This document shows, piece after piece, positions 38,944-48,389 of a DNA stretch of 64,000 nucleotides; position 1 is the first letter of the stretch; each line of letters opens with the position of its first letter. The notes under the pieces were generated by a model, which was given only the letters and a program-made list of their open reading frames with translations, made no database searches and was not told the origin of the DNA. The stretch is from Candidatus Latescibacterota bacterium (GTDB lineage: Bacteria > Latescibacterota > UBA2968 > UBA8231): contig CBDFJF010000001.1 of the NCBI GenBank assembly GCA_965248265.1, positions 1,792,001 to 1,856,000 on the forward strand, written 5' to 3'. The position numbers and the translations under genes are program-made.

Positions 38944-41519
38944 CAGTAAGCCAACGCCACGTGCCGTGCGATCCTGAAGTCAGCCGCGTCCGTCCGCACT
39001 CGCAGCTGCAGCAGATAGATTCCAGGAGGCACGAGGTCTCCCTGGTCATCCTTGCCATCCCATCCATCGGCGACTTCACCCGGAGGGACCCGCCGCTGCC
39101 ACCCGCGCAGGCGGCGGCCGGACAGATCGAAGATTCCGGCCTCGACGTCCACTTCCCGCAAAACGCGAAGCAGGTCGTAGCCGATGTGAACGCGGTCATT
39201 GATGCCGTCACCATTGGGTGTGAAAGGATTCGGTTGCAGGGTCACCCGCGCCACGAGGTCCCCCACAGGGGCATGGGCGGCCGTGATCGCACTCAGACTG
39301 TTGCGGTCGCGCCGGTCGGCGCCGAAATCGATCGCATTACCGGCACGCACCCGCTGCGGCAGGATCCTTGTCTCGCTACCAACGACAACGATATCTCCAT
39401 AGGACCTCTCCAGACTCGGGTCCAGCGTATCGAGAAAGGCCTGACTCTCGAAGAACGTGGTGGTGCCCAGCACGCGGGTGCGAAAATGGATGAGTAGCCG
39501 TGTATCCTCGGTTGATGCCCGGGTGATCGCCGGCAACTCGGGTATGGCTACGACAAAGAAACCAGGCTCTACAGTCGCCGTGTCGAAGCTCAGCGGTCGC
39601 GTGGACACACCTTCTTCATCCAGCTCCAGAACCAGCTCTACTCCGCGCACCTGGCTGAACGCAGGGGTACCAACACGAATTCTGTTCACTCCTGCATCCT
39701 CAACCTCAGCATGCAGCTGCAGGGCGTAGGTGAACAGCGTATCCACCGCAGGATTGATGCCGGCAGCTGGCACTACCTCTGCCTGGAGCCGGGAGACAAC
39801 CGGGGGCACCACAAGCTCGAAGTGGAGGTTTTCCACGATTGTGGCAGCATCGGGATCGCTGCTGGTGAAATCGACTCGCAGCTGAAAGAATGGGCGCCCT
39901 CCCCGTGCGCTGATTACCTGGCCGTTAGTGAGAGGCTGGAACGGACTCCACCAAACAGGGTCTCGTACCCGCGGCAAAGCCGATCCATTGCGCTCGCGTC
40001 GGGCAGCCGGCAATTGCATGTACTCGGCGAAGGTAGTCTGGGCTCCGGCGCGCACTTCGGCTGGCAAGACCTCCCAGACGGCGCGCGATCCCGTCCGCAA
40101 CAGTGGATCATCGAGCCAAACGGACGTGCCTTCGGTAGGACTGCCGTCGCGGTGATCGATCACCTGGGTATCGGCCCGCCACTCGACAGCATCCCCGTTG
40201 CCGTTCACCCGGAACAGCAGCAATGGTTCCGGTGTCGTTCCGGTGCGCATACTTATGGAAGCACTCGAGTGAGCCGGGTCCCCGATCGTGCGCTCGTCCC
40301 AAAACACGCGCCCTAGTGTGGCCCCCGGCAAGGCGTCGAGTTGGGCGCGGCGCGCGCGATTGCCCGCCTGATATTCGAGCATGGCTGACGCGGCCTCGCT
40401 CTGAAAGGGCAGCGCCCGCGTGACATAGGTGGCCTGAGGAACAAAGCCGCGTCCGAAAACCTCGAGCTCAGCGACGTCGAAATCGAGCGCAGTCAGTGAC
40501 TTGAACTGCAGAAAGCGCAGGTATTGCGGGGGGTCGAGCGCGATGGCTACGGTGTCGGCATCGTTGCCACGCTCGATCCTTAGCATGTCGTACAACGGAA
40601 CCCCTTTTTGCGCCAGGGCTTCGTCACCCAACAGTTCGTAGGCGGCATTGTTGACTGGCGACAGCGTTCCCGTGAGTGTGGGCTTGAGGTTGATTCCATC
40701 ATTGATCTCAATGCTGTACCCACTGATCGCAAGAGGGAGGTCTCGCGGACGCGGGTAAAAGCGCACCAAGCCCACCGGAAAACGCGACACCAGGTCCATG
40801 CGAATGACAACACTGCGTTTTTCTACGACTCGATTGGGGGCGTCTTCACGAACAAACGCCGTGCTCGCGTCGACGTCGATGAGATGCTCCAGGTTGCTGC
40901 GCAGTTGCTGATCGTTGAGCTGCGTTTCGTACTGTGTCGGCGACCACAGCAGAGACTCAAAGCGGAACTGCGGATTGCGTGGCCACAAAACGGCGTGCGC
41001 CAGATTGACCATCGTCCGCACACTGTCGACGCCGGCGCCAGTGAACAACCGGATGCCTGCCAGTGACCGCGGCAGATCCGCTCCCGCCTCCAGCAACACC
41101 TGTCCTGCGTGTGCCAGGGTGTCGCCATCCACGATGAAATCCCGTTGCGCGATCACATGGTCTCGAGCAATGTGTCCGGTAAAGCGGCTCAGGCGATCGA
41201 GCTCTTGGGGGCTGAGCTCATCGATCGCCGCAGCTGTGGACAGGATGGGGACTTCTATGACTACCGTCGTGTCCAGCGGTGCGATGCCGCTGGCGGAAAG
41301 CGCGTAATCAATCTCAGGGAAGTAATTGCCTGGTGAGAAAGGAGGTTGCTGAGCCTCCTCCCAACCGATGTCGCCCGGAATCGAGAACTGGATCACCGAG
41401 GATTGCGCCATCACTGCCGTGACGCTGAGGGCGGCGTACAGGTGCAAGGACAGCGTTCGCCGGACGATCCGGACGATGTCGTGAAGGAGGATCGATGTTC
41501 GATGGTTGCACATCGACAT
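38943..41519 (-). CDS. Large exported protein with FlgD-Ig/T9SS-like C-terminal domain (paralog 1)
   Basis: Signal peptide; ELEVFGRGF; C-terminus PNPFTPNGDGIND...FDLSGRRLR...WDGKDDQGDLVPPGIYL. Stop overlaps the next start (TGATG). Confidence 0.8.
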   Translation of the reverse strand: MSMCNHRTSILLHDIVRIVRRTLSLHLYAALSVTAVMAQSSVIQFSIPGDIGWEEAQQPPFSPGNYFPEIDYALSASGIAPLDTTVVIEVPILSTAAAIDELSPQELDRLSRFTGHIARDHVIAQRDFIVDGDTLAHAGQVLLEAGADLPRSLAGIRLFTGAGVDSVRTMVNLAHAVLWPRNPQFRFESLLWSPTQYETQLNDQQLRSNLEHLIDVDASTAFVREDAPNRVVEKRSVVIRMDLVSRFPVGLVRFYPRPRDLPLAISGYSIEINDGINLKPTLTGTLSPVNNAAYELLGDEALAQKGVPLYDMLRIERGNDADTVAIALDPPQYLRFLQFKSLTALDFDVAELEVFGRGFVPQATYVTRALPFQSEAASAMLEYQAGNRARRAQLDALPGATLGRVFWDERTIGDPAHSSASISMRTGTTPEPLLLFRVNGNGDAVEWRADTQVIDHRDGSPTEGTSVWLDDPLLRTGSRAVWEVLPAEVRAGAQTTFAEYMQLPAARRERNGSALPRVRDPVWWSPFQPLTNGQVISARGGRPFFQLRVDFTSSDPDAATIVENLHFELVVPPVVSRLQAEVVPAAGINPAVDTLFTYALQLHAEVEDAGVNRIRVGTPAFSQVRGVELVLELDEEGVSTRPLSFDTATVEPGFFVVAIPELPAITRASTEDTRLLIHFRTRVLGTTTFFESQAFLDTLDPSLERSYGDIVVVGSETRILPQRVRAGNAIDFGADRRDRNSLSAITAAHAPVGDLVARVTLQPNPFTPNGDGINDRVHIGYDLLRVLREVDVEAGIFDLSGRRLRGWQRRVPPGEVADGWDGKDDQGDLVPPGIYLLQLRVRTDAADFRIARHVALAY

Positions 41520-41542
41520 CGACGGCCGTCGTCGAACCCTGC

Positions 41543-42487
41543 CTAGTCGGCGAAGCTCGCTTTGATACGCCCCCAGGAGTTGCTCTCAACTGCCGTGATA
41601 GGAGATGCGGCCGCACCGCAGTCACCGGTGTTGCAGGAAATCAACTCGCCGTCGACAAAATTGTCGGCCTCCCTCCACGTCAGTGGTTGTCCTGATAACG
41701 TGTGGTACCCGTGGAACAAGAACAGGTCATCACAGGCGAAACAACCAGCGTCGAAGTCTGGGATCGACACCTGGAACCCGAGGATCTTGCCGGCGACCAA
41801 TTCCGTGCGCCTGCTGCGCTCCGGTCCACGCCAGTCCAACTCGTCCCAGGGGGTGATGAACATTTCGATCACGGACGTGTTGGGTGATTCCTGATTGTCG
41901 GTAAAACCGCCGGCATTGGAAAAAGGTGGGGCGATTGCCCAGGTCGCGGCGCCTCCGTATCCCAGGGTGTTGTTGTCGGGAGATACGGCGATGGCGAAGT
42001 ATTGCTGGGCTTGAAAACCAGACAGCAACTTCGCTTCTTCAGCTCCGAAGCCGTCCTCTTCGAGGTATCGGTTGTACTTGCCCCCGGTATGATCGCCATC
42101 TACCATGAATTCGATACTGTCATACTGCCACACGTTGCCCAGATCCCCACCTTCGTAGGTATTGACGTAGACGTCATCCACGCGCTCTATGGCCACGTAT
42201 AGATGGTTGCCGGCGCTGTGCCAGGCCATGAACACGCGATAGGCCAGGTCGGCCGTGTCGATACCGGCCCCGTCGTTGACATTCAGAGGTGCAAACTGGT
42301 CCTGATTCAGCGAAAACGTAGGCAAGACCTCTACCCAATCATCGAGGCTGCCATCGTGAATATCGGGTAACTCATCCGTCGATAGTTCGAATATCGGGAA
42401 TGGTTGTCCTCCACCCACGTGCGCTGACGCAGCTTGACTAATGATAACGAGCACAACTATGCAACTCGGGACTGTGAGGCGCGTCAT
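41543..42487 (-). CDS. Exported CBM9/DOMON-like protein with C-terminal SWGRIK tail
   Basis: GAGGAGGAG RBS; signal peptide; LPDIHDGSLDDW, WQYDSIEFMVDGDHTGG; ends ITAVESNSWGRIKASFAD. Paralog of 27142-28071. Confidence 0.75.
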   Translation of the reverse strand: MTRLTVPSCIVVLVIISQAASAHVGGGQPFPIFELSTDELPDIHDGSLDDWVEVLPTFSLNQDQFAPLNVNDGAGIDTADLAYRVFMAWHSAGNHLYVAIERVDDVYVNTYEGGDLGNVWQYDSIEFMVDGDHTGGKYNRYLEEDGFGAEEAKLLSGFQAQQYFAIAVSPDNNTLGYGGAATWAIAPPFSNAGGFTDNQESPNTSVIEMFITPWDELDWRGPERSRRTELVAGKILGFQVSIPDFDAGCFACDDLFLFHGYHTLSGQPLTWREADNFVDGELISCNTGDCGAAASPITAVESNSWGRIKASFAD

Positions 42488-42644
42488 TTCGCTCCTCCTC
42501 TTGTCAATTGTGATGGCGATCACGTCTCCGACGGAGAGGCGTGATCAAAGCAAGACCATGTGCGTCGGGGCGGACTCAGGCCTAACCTATTACTGGCCAG
42601 CCACTTAGTAACTAGTAACAGCCATCGTTCAAGATAGTCACGGA

Positions 42645-44623
42645 GTGAGACAGATACAACACATCAATTGCCGGGCCCATTCCCATTCCCAGGGCTTATT
42701 TCAGTGGGGAGTCCTGGTAGCCGTGCTCCTGTCCGCGAGCGGTGACATCGGATGCGGACGGGAACCGGAACACCGTCCGAACCCAGTGCGCGAGAGCGTG
42801 GTTGATCATCTGGACGCAGGCAGCGGCCTCAGCAGTCCCAGAACCCGCCAGGGTATAGCGCTCCCCTCAGGCGACATCTGGGTGGCGACGGAGAAAGCCC
42901 TTGATCGACTGCGAGACGGCAGGTTTGTAGACAGCTACGATCATTCCCATCCTGCACCGATACCGGTGGGCCGCATAAACGCGATAGCCACGGACGGGAC
43001 GGGTGCAACCTGGATCGGCACCTCGGACGGGCTGGTCCGCTTCGAGGACGGCGCGTTTACGGAGTCGTTTACCGGTCTGCCAGACTCGCGGGTCCTGAGC
43101 TTGCTGTCGACGGATGATGCCATGCTGGTCGGAACCTGGCATGGTCTGGCGCGAATCGCCAATGGCCACCCCAGCGCATCGACCCTCGGTGGCGGATTGC
43201 CGGACCGTCCGGTGACAACCATGCTGGCAGGGGATAGCCTGTGGGTCGGGTTTGCTGACAGCGGTCTCTGGGTTGGCAGCCTGGCAGGTCCATTCACACC
43301 GGTAGTAGAGTCCTGGCAGGACCAGGCGCTGACGGTATCCTCGTTGACCCTGGACCCAGCCGGAGATGTCTGGATCGGAACTTCGGGCGCTGGTCTACTG
43401 CGCTGGCGTTCGTCAGGGACGGTGGAGTCGATTCTGCCCTCAGCGAATATCCTGTCCGCCACCATCGACTCCACTGGGGAAATCTGGGTTGGCTCGAACT
43501 CGGGGGTGTATCGATGGCGCGGATCCAGCCTGTCACAGTGGTCAACACCGCAAGACAGCATCGCCGTGACAGCGTTCGCTCGTCTTGACGATCGAATGCT
43601 TGCTGGTACTTGGGGTGAAGGTCTGCTGAATTGCGATGATATCGGGAACTGCAGCGCCGCCGGCCTCGATGACGGCGAAGTCGTCGATATCGCCGTAATC
43701 GATGGCACGGTCTGGGTGACGACGACGGAGGGGCTCATCGTCGTCGATGATAGGACTGAAACGGGGCCTCGAAACCAGGTACTCAAGGCGTCGCGCTGGG
43801 GTCCATACATCTCGAGCGCGGCGACGTCTGGATCACCGCCGAAAGCGGAGGCTTGTACCAACTCGATCGCCAGGGATCGGTCATTCGGCATTACCATTCC
43901 GGCAACCGTCTCCCGAGAGCCAGAATCCTCAGTCTTGCCTATGACGGTAACATGCACAGCGAAAAGCTGTGGGTCGGCACCGCGCTGGGGTTATTCCATT
44001 TCGACGGGATGCAGTTCACACCCCACGAGCTGCAAGTCCCAGTCTATTGTTTGCACCTAGGCCCGAACGGCGATCTGTGGGTGGGATCTGATTCGGGCCT
44101 GTTCCGGCGGTCTGGACATCATTTCGAGGTCGTGGCAATTCCTGAAACGACAGGTCCGCCGGTTGTCCGAGCGCTCCTGGACGATGGCGACGCCTTGTGG
44201 GTGGGAACCGACGAGGGCCTATACGTCCGCGATGCTCACGGACGTTGGCAGCGAATCGACCGTGAATTGCCCTCCCAGCGCATTCGAGACCTTGCTGTCG
44301 ATGATGATCGACAGGTGTGGATTGCCACGACCGGAGGAATGGCGATGTATTCCGCTGGCAGAGTAGTCACCGTCGGGCAGCCACGGCTGGAGGATTCACC
44401 ATTCACTTGCGTGCTCGTCGATGCCGGTGGCCAGATCTGGATGGGCAGCCTGGCCGATGGTGCCTGGCGTTTTGACGGCCTGGATTACCATCACTACTCT
44501 GCCGGCAACGGCCTGAACAGCAACGCTGTGTGGGACCTGTTCGAGGACCAGCAAGGCGCTGTTTGGCTGGCCACCGACCGCGGCTTGACGAGGATTGCCA
44601 GAGGTGAAGGAGACAGCCTTTGA
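42645..44623 (+). pseudogene. Reg_prop-type multi-propeller exported protein split by a single frameshift (or a sequencing indel)
   Basis: G.LWVGT..GL blade repeats run through ORF 42645 to about 43750 and resume in the frame of ORF 43853, which is open from 43760 (GDVWITAESGGLY). Shift lies at about 43760-43800. Confidence 0.72.
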
Positions 44624-45789
44624 TCGCCGTTCTCAGCATGATCTTCGTCATCCAGTTGACGACGGCCGTCTGCGCCGGTGAACGAGGAGACCCACTCAAC
44701 CGAGCGGTCCAGCTCGACCGACCGGACCTGCTCGAAGTGCGCGCCGAGCGTCGACCGGGAAGCGGATGGATAGACGTCTCGTACATCACTTCGCAACTGC
44801 TGTCGCCAGCCTGGGTGATCGTCTCAGCTTCTGATGACGGTGGTGATTCCTTCGATCTTCCCGTTCGCAGCGTGGTCGGTGATGTCGGGCGCCTCGATGC
44901 TGGCAACCCCGGGGCGCACAGGTTGCAGTGGCATGCACTCGCAGACGTCCCTGATCTGTTCATCCATGACTGGCGTGTGGAACTGACGATCTCGGAAACG
45001 CCCCCGGTACCCACCTGGCAGGACATGATCCACGTGCCAGAAGGCACGGTAATGATGGGATCAGGTGGGGGGGATGCGGATGAACGCCCGCAGCGTGATG
45101 TCCGGCTCCCAGCATTCTACATCGACCGGTTCGAAACTACCAGCCGAGCCTTCATGTGGTACGTCCAATCCACAGGGAGACGTACGGCGGCCGAGCACGT
45201 CGATAGTTCGCTGATATACGAGGACGGCGGTTATGAGACCGTCCGGGGAGCCTCATGGTGGCGTCCTGAAGGTACTGCGGTCGTTTCACTGGACCATCCC
45301 GTGGTGCAGGTGGACTGGTACGATGCCCAGGCCTACTGCGAATGGGCGGGCAAGCGCTTGCCCACGGAAGCTGAGTGGGAACAGGCCGCCCGCGGCGACG
45401 ATGGCAGGACCTTTGCCTGGGGATGGGAAGGACCAGAGGGCGGCAACCGCGCCAATTTCGGCGATAGTCGCTGCTGCCATGAGAGTGACCGCGATGGCTT
45501 CTTGCGAACAGCTCCGGTGGGAAATTTTCCCCGCGGACGATCGCCCTTCGGAGCCGAGGACATGGCAGGCAACGTCTGGGAATGGGTCGCCGACTGGTAT
45601 GGTGAAGACTACTACTCCACCGGGGCACCTGCGGTGGCGCCAACCGGACCGCGGCGTGGATCAGCACGGGTCTTGCGCGGCGGTTCCTGGATCAGCTACC
45701 CGTTCATGCTACGCGCATCCTACCGCGGTAACCACGAACCAGAAATGCGCCATAATTACGGGGGCTTCCGCTGCGCTCGAACACCCTGA
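44620..45789 (+). CDS. Formylglycine-generating-enzyme (FGE-sulfatase/SUMF1) domain protein
   Basis: FYIDRFETT, HPVVQVDWYDAQAYCEWAGKRLPTEAEWE.AARG, DMAGNVWEW, RGGSW, GFRC. Confidence 0.9.
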   Translation: MIAVLSMIFVIQLTTAVCAGERGDPLNRAVQLDRPDLLEVRAERRPGSGWIDVSYITSQLLSPAWVIVSASDDGGDSFDLPVRSVVGDVGRLDAGNPGAHRLQWHALADVPDLFIHDWRVELTISETPPVPTWQDMIHVPEGTVMMGSGGGDADERPQRDVRLPAFYIDRFETTSRAFMWYVQSTGRRTAAEHVDSSLIYEDGGYETVRGASWWRPEGTAVVSLDHPVVQVDWYDAQAYCEWAGKRLPTEAEWEQAARGDDGRTFAWGWEGPEGGNRANFGDSRCCHESDRDGFLRTAPVGNFPRGRSPFGAEDMAGNVWEWVADWYGEDYYSTGAPAVAPTGPRRGSARVLRGGSWISYPFMLRASYRGNHEPEMRHNYGGFRCARTP

Positions 45790-45804
45790 GCCGATCCCGA
45801 TCGA

Positions 45805-46704
45805 TCACGGGCTGGCAGGCTGGGTCACACCCTCGCTGTCGGGCTGCTCTTCAGTCTCCTCCCCAACGGCCGGATGAAACCGAATCAGCTTGATTTCGTG
45901 CATACCCGCGCTGAACCTTCCCGCCGCCAACTTGCCGGTGACTGCCGCGCCGGTTCTTCTGGCGTACTGCCTGTCCGTCTCACCAGCGAATCGTGCAATC
46001 GTGGCATCCACGGATCCGTGAAGCATCTTGCCACTCCAAAGGGTGATCGTCACCGGCCGTTGCTCCTGAGCTGAGGAGTATTCTGCGAACTGGATCCTAT
46101 CGACCTTGGCCAGTTTGAGGGTCCTGTTGCTGCGATTGCGCATGTATCGCAGGATCTGCTTTTCTGCCACCAGCAAATCGGTTACCTCGTACAGGCCCCC
46201 ATGCGTGGTTACAACGGCGGCCTTCAAGGCCGGTAACTCACCAGGAACGGGCTCGCCAGCAGGATGCCGAAAACGCACTTCGCGAACATCGTCCAGGGAC
46301 AGCAACCAGGGTCCCAGACTGGTGTTTCCGCTGACGCCGGTCGGAGCCCGGGCACCACCACCAGTGGAGCCGTCACCGATATTCTGGTTGAACGAGGCTC
46401 CATGCCCGCCCGTGAACAGCCTGCCCGCGTCCACGCGACCGGTGCGCAGATGGACCTTGACCGGTCTTTCCTCATCACCGGATGGCCCATCCACGACCAA
46501 CTTATCGATATGGTCAAAACCGGCCGTGCGCCGTTCAGCTCCGACGTAGTACTCGAGTTGGGTCCGGCCCTTGATCCTGATTCCGGACAAATCATGCCGA
46601 TTGCCGAAGCGATCGATCACGGTCGCACCAATCGGTTTGGCGCTGGATGCGGGCGTCGCAACAAGGACCGAAACCGCGATACCGATGAGAATGAAAACCG
46701 GCAT
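45805..46704 (-). CDS. Exported hypothetical protein with an internal two-domain repeat
   Basis: Signal peptide MPVFILIGIAVSVLVATPASSA; halves align (EERPVKVHLRTG...LDDVREVRF versus EQRPVTITLWSG...MHEIKLIRF). Confidence 0.65.
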   Translation of the reverse strand: MPVFILIGIAVSVLVATPASSAKPIGATVIDRFGNRHDLSGIRIKGRTQLEYYVGAERRTAGFDHIDKLVVDGPSGDEERPVKVHLRTGRVDAGRLFTGGHGASFNQNIGDGSTGGGARAPTGVSGNTSLGPWLLSLDDVREVRFRHPAGEPVPGELPALKAAVVTTHGGLYEVTDLLVAEKQILRYMRNRSNRTLKLAKVDRIQFAEYSSAQEQRPVTITLWSGKMLHGSVDATIARFAGETDRQYARRTGAAVTGKLAAGRFSAGMHEIKLIRFHPAVGEETEEQPDSEGVTQPASP

Positions 46705-46726
46705 CAGATGACCTGGCGTCTGCAGC

Positions 46727-47407
46727 CTACTGGTCGTCACCCTCATCATCATCCTGCGTCGTGGAGGTGCCGATCTGGATCGGCGTGATGCGGCCAAAGC
46801 TCACTTCCAGGGGCCGTTGGACGTCGAGACCGCTTGAGGAGTTCTCGACTCGGATCTTGTAATGACCTTCCGGCACGATCAGATGCCGCACATCCGGCGA
46901 GGTCATGGCTCGTCCAAGGATATTGCTCATGTTGTAGTCCATGATCACGAACGGCCGCCGTAACCCGGGGTTGGCCCCGCTCATTATCACCTGGAAACGG
47001 CCGACCCGCACCACCTTCAGGGTCTCCAGCCCCATGCGAATCTCGACATCAGGCACCTCTACGTTGTCGTCGATGTGGGTGTTGACGACGACTTTGTAGA
47101 TCCCCGGGTCGAGGTCCACGATCAGGTTGGTCTCCACCTGACCCGACTGGAACGCACTGGCTGAAAAGGCGGCATGCAGTGGCGTGTCGGAGTACACCTC
47201 CTCCTCGGTCTCCTGGTCGATGATGTAGAAATTGAGCCGCGGTATCCCACCGGCCTCGAGCGTCAGCCTGCCCTTGCCCTGCGGTATAGGACCAGGACCG
47301 TAGTGATCGTATTCGCCGGTCGCTGCACAGGACACCAACAGACTCGTCGTCCATGTCAGCACGCCGGCGACAGCGAGGCTGCGAAAGTGGATACGGATCA
47401 TACGCAT
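46727..47407 (-). CDS. Lipoprotein with two small beta-sandwich domains
   Basis: AAGGAG RBS, lipobox LVSC, repeated LDPGIYKV / VPEGHYKI. Confidence 0.68.
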   Translation of the reverse strand: MRMIRIHFRSLAVAGVLTWTTSLLVSCAATGEYDHYGPGPIPQGKGRLTLEAGGIPRLNFYIIDQETEEEVYSDTPLHAAFSASAFQSGQVETNLIVDLDPGIYKVVVNTHIDDNVEVPDVEIRMGLETLKVVRVGRFQVIMSGANPGLRRPFVIMDYNMSNILGRAMTSPDVRHLIVPEGHYKIRVENSSSGLDVQRPLEVSFGRITPIQIGTSTTQDDDEGDDQ

Positions 47408-47565
47408 ACGGTCTACTCCTTGTCGTCGAAAGCTGTTGTTCCCGGCTACTCTACCTGGGCATACGTTCATCCATCGACCATGGAGTGTCAACCTGCGCCG
47501 TAAACCGCCCTCCACGGGGTACAACGCATGAGTGAACGGAGCGTTCCTGGTCGCGCCCTGGCGGA

Positions 47566-48318
47566 TCAGTCTTCCAGGGACCTTGTCCCTGTCTCTTTGA
47601 AACTTAGCGACTCAATCGACTCACCCAGAGCCGACATGACGCTGGCCGTGTCCTCGAATTGGTCCGAGAAAAGCAGCTCACCAACGCGAAAGTGAATCGT
47701 CGACCGCGGCTTCGTCGGCACGTACTCGATCCCGACCGGAACCATAGGTACGCGAATGCCCGACTGCTGCTCTACCGCCACCAGATGCTCGACAATCTCC
47801 TTCTGTAGCACCCCCATCGAATCGGCGTGTCTGGTACCCTCGGGGTGCGAGATCACGCACTCCCCGCTGCGATAGAGCCAGGCGAGATACTCGATCGTAT
47901 CTGAGTTCCGTCTTCGTGCCTCTTCCAGCCGTCGCCGTCTCTCGTCGCGGTCCTTTGCCCGACGGATATCCTTGGGTCGCACAATCCTGACACCGCCAGG
48001 CAATTCCAGGAACGCGGACAACCCCGTCTTCATAACGTAGTTGGCATAGCGGCGGGTGGCCCGGTGGAGGAGAACACCTTCCACCAGTATGTCTCTGTAC
48101 GAGCAGTGCTTGGGCAGTATCAAAGTTGGGCCCGACACGGGAATCCGGTCGCCATCCTCGAGGACCAGGCGGTTGGCCGTCAGCGCCAGTTGGGCCAGTC
48201 TGCGAGCGAAACTGGCGTACAGCAGCTTGCGCTTCAGACGAAAAACGGGAGGTGGTGACTCGACAATACCGGAGTGGGTCATGTAGGCTGGCTGGACGTT
48301 GCGTGGACGACTCCACAA
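47566..48318 (-). CDS. PlsC-like lysophospholipid acyltransferase
   Basis: KHCSYRD (HxxxxD), HPEGTR, VPMVPVGIEY. Start uncertain. Confidence 0.8.
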   Translation of the reverse strand: MWSRPRNVQPAYMTHSGIVESPPPVFRLKRKLLYASFARRLAQLALTANRLVLEDGDRIPVSGPTLILPKHCSYRDILVEGVLLHRATRRYANYVMKTGLSAFLELPGGVRIVRPKDIRRAKDRDERRRRLEEARRRNSDTIEYLAWLYRSGECVISHPEGTRHADSMGVLQKEIVEHLVAVEQQSGIRVPMVPVGIEYVPTKPRSTIHFRVGELLFSDQFEDTASVMSALGESIESLSFKETGTRSLED

Positions 48319-48389
48319 AAAACGAAGGGGCTCCGATCACGAAGCCCCAATCAAAACGGGTGAAGAAAATTTGGCCGCTGAACTGGGCT

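Noticed and set aside
44620-45789. Diversity-generating retroelement target (FGE/C-type lectin fold)
   Set aside because: I saw no reverse transcriptase and no template-repeat copy of the 3' end in the window.
46705-46797. Apparent overlap or frameshift between ORFs 45805-46797 and 46727-47524
   Set aside because: Resolved by a downstream start at 46704 that gives a normal signal peptide.
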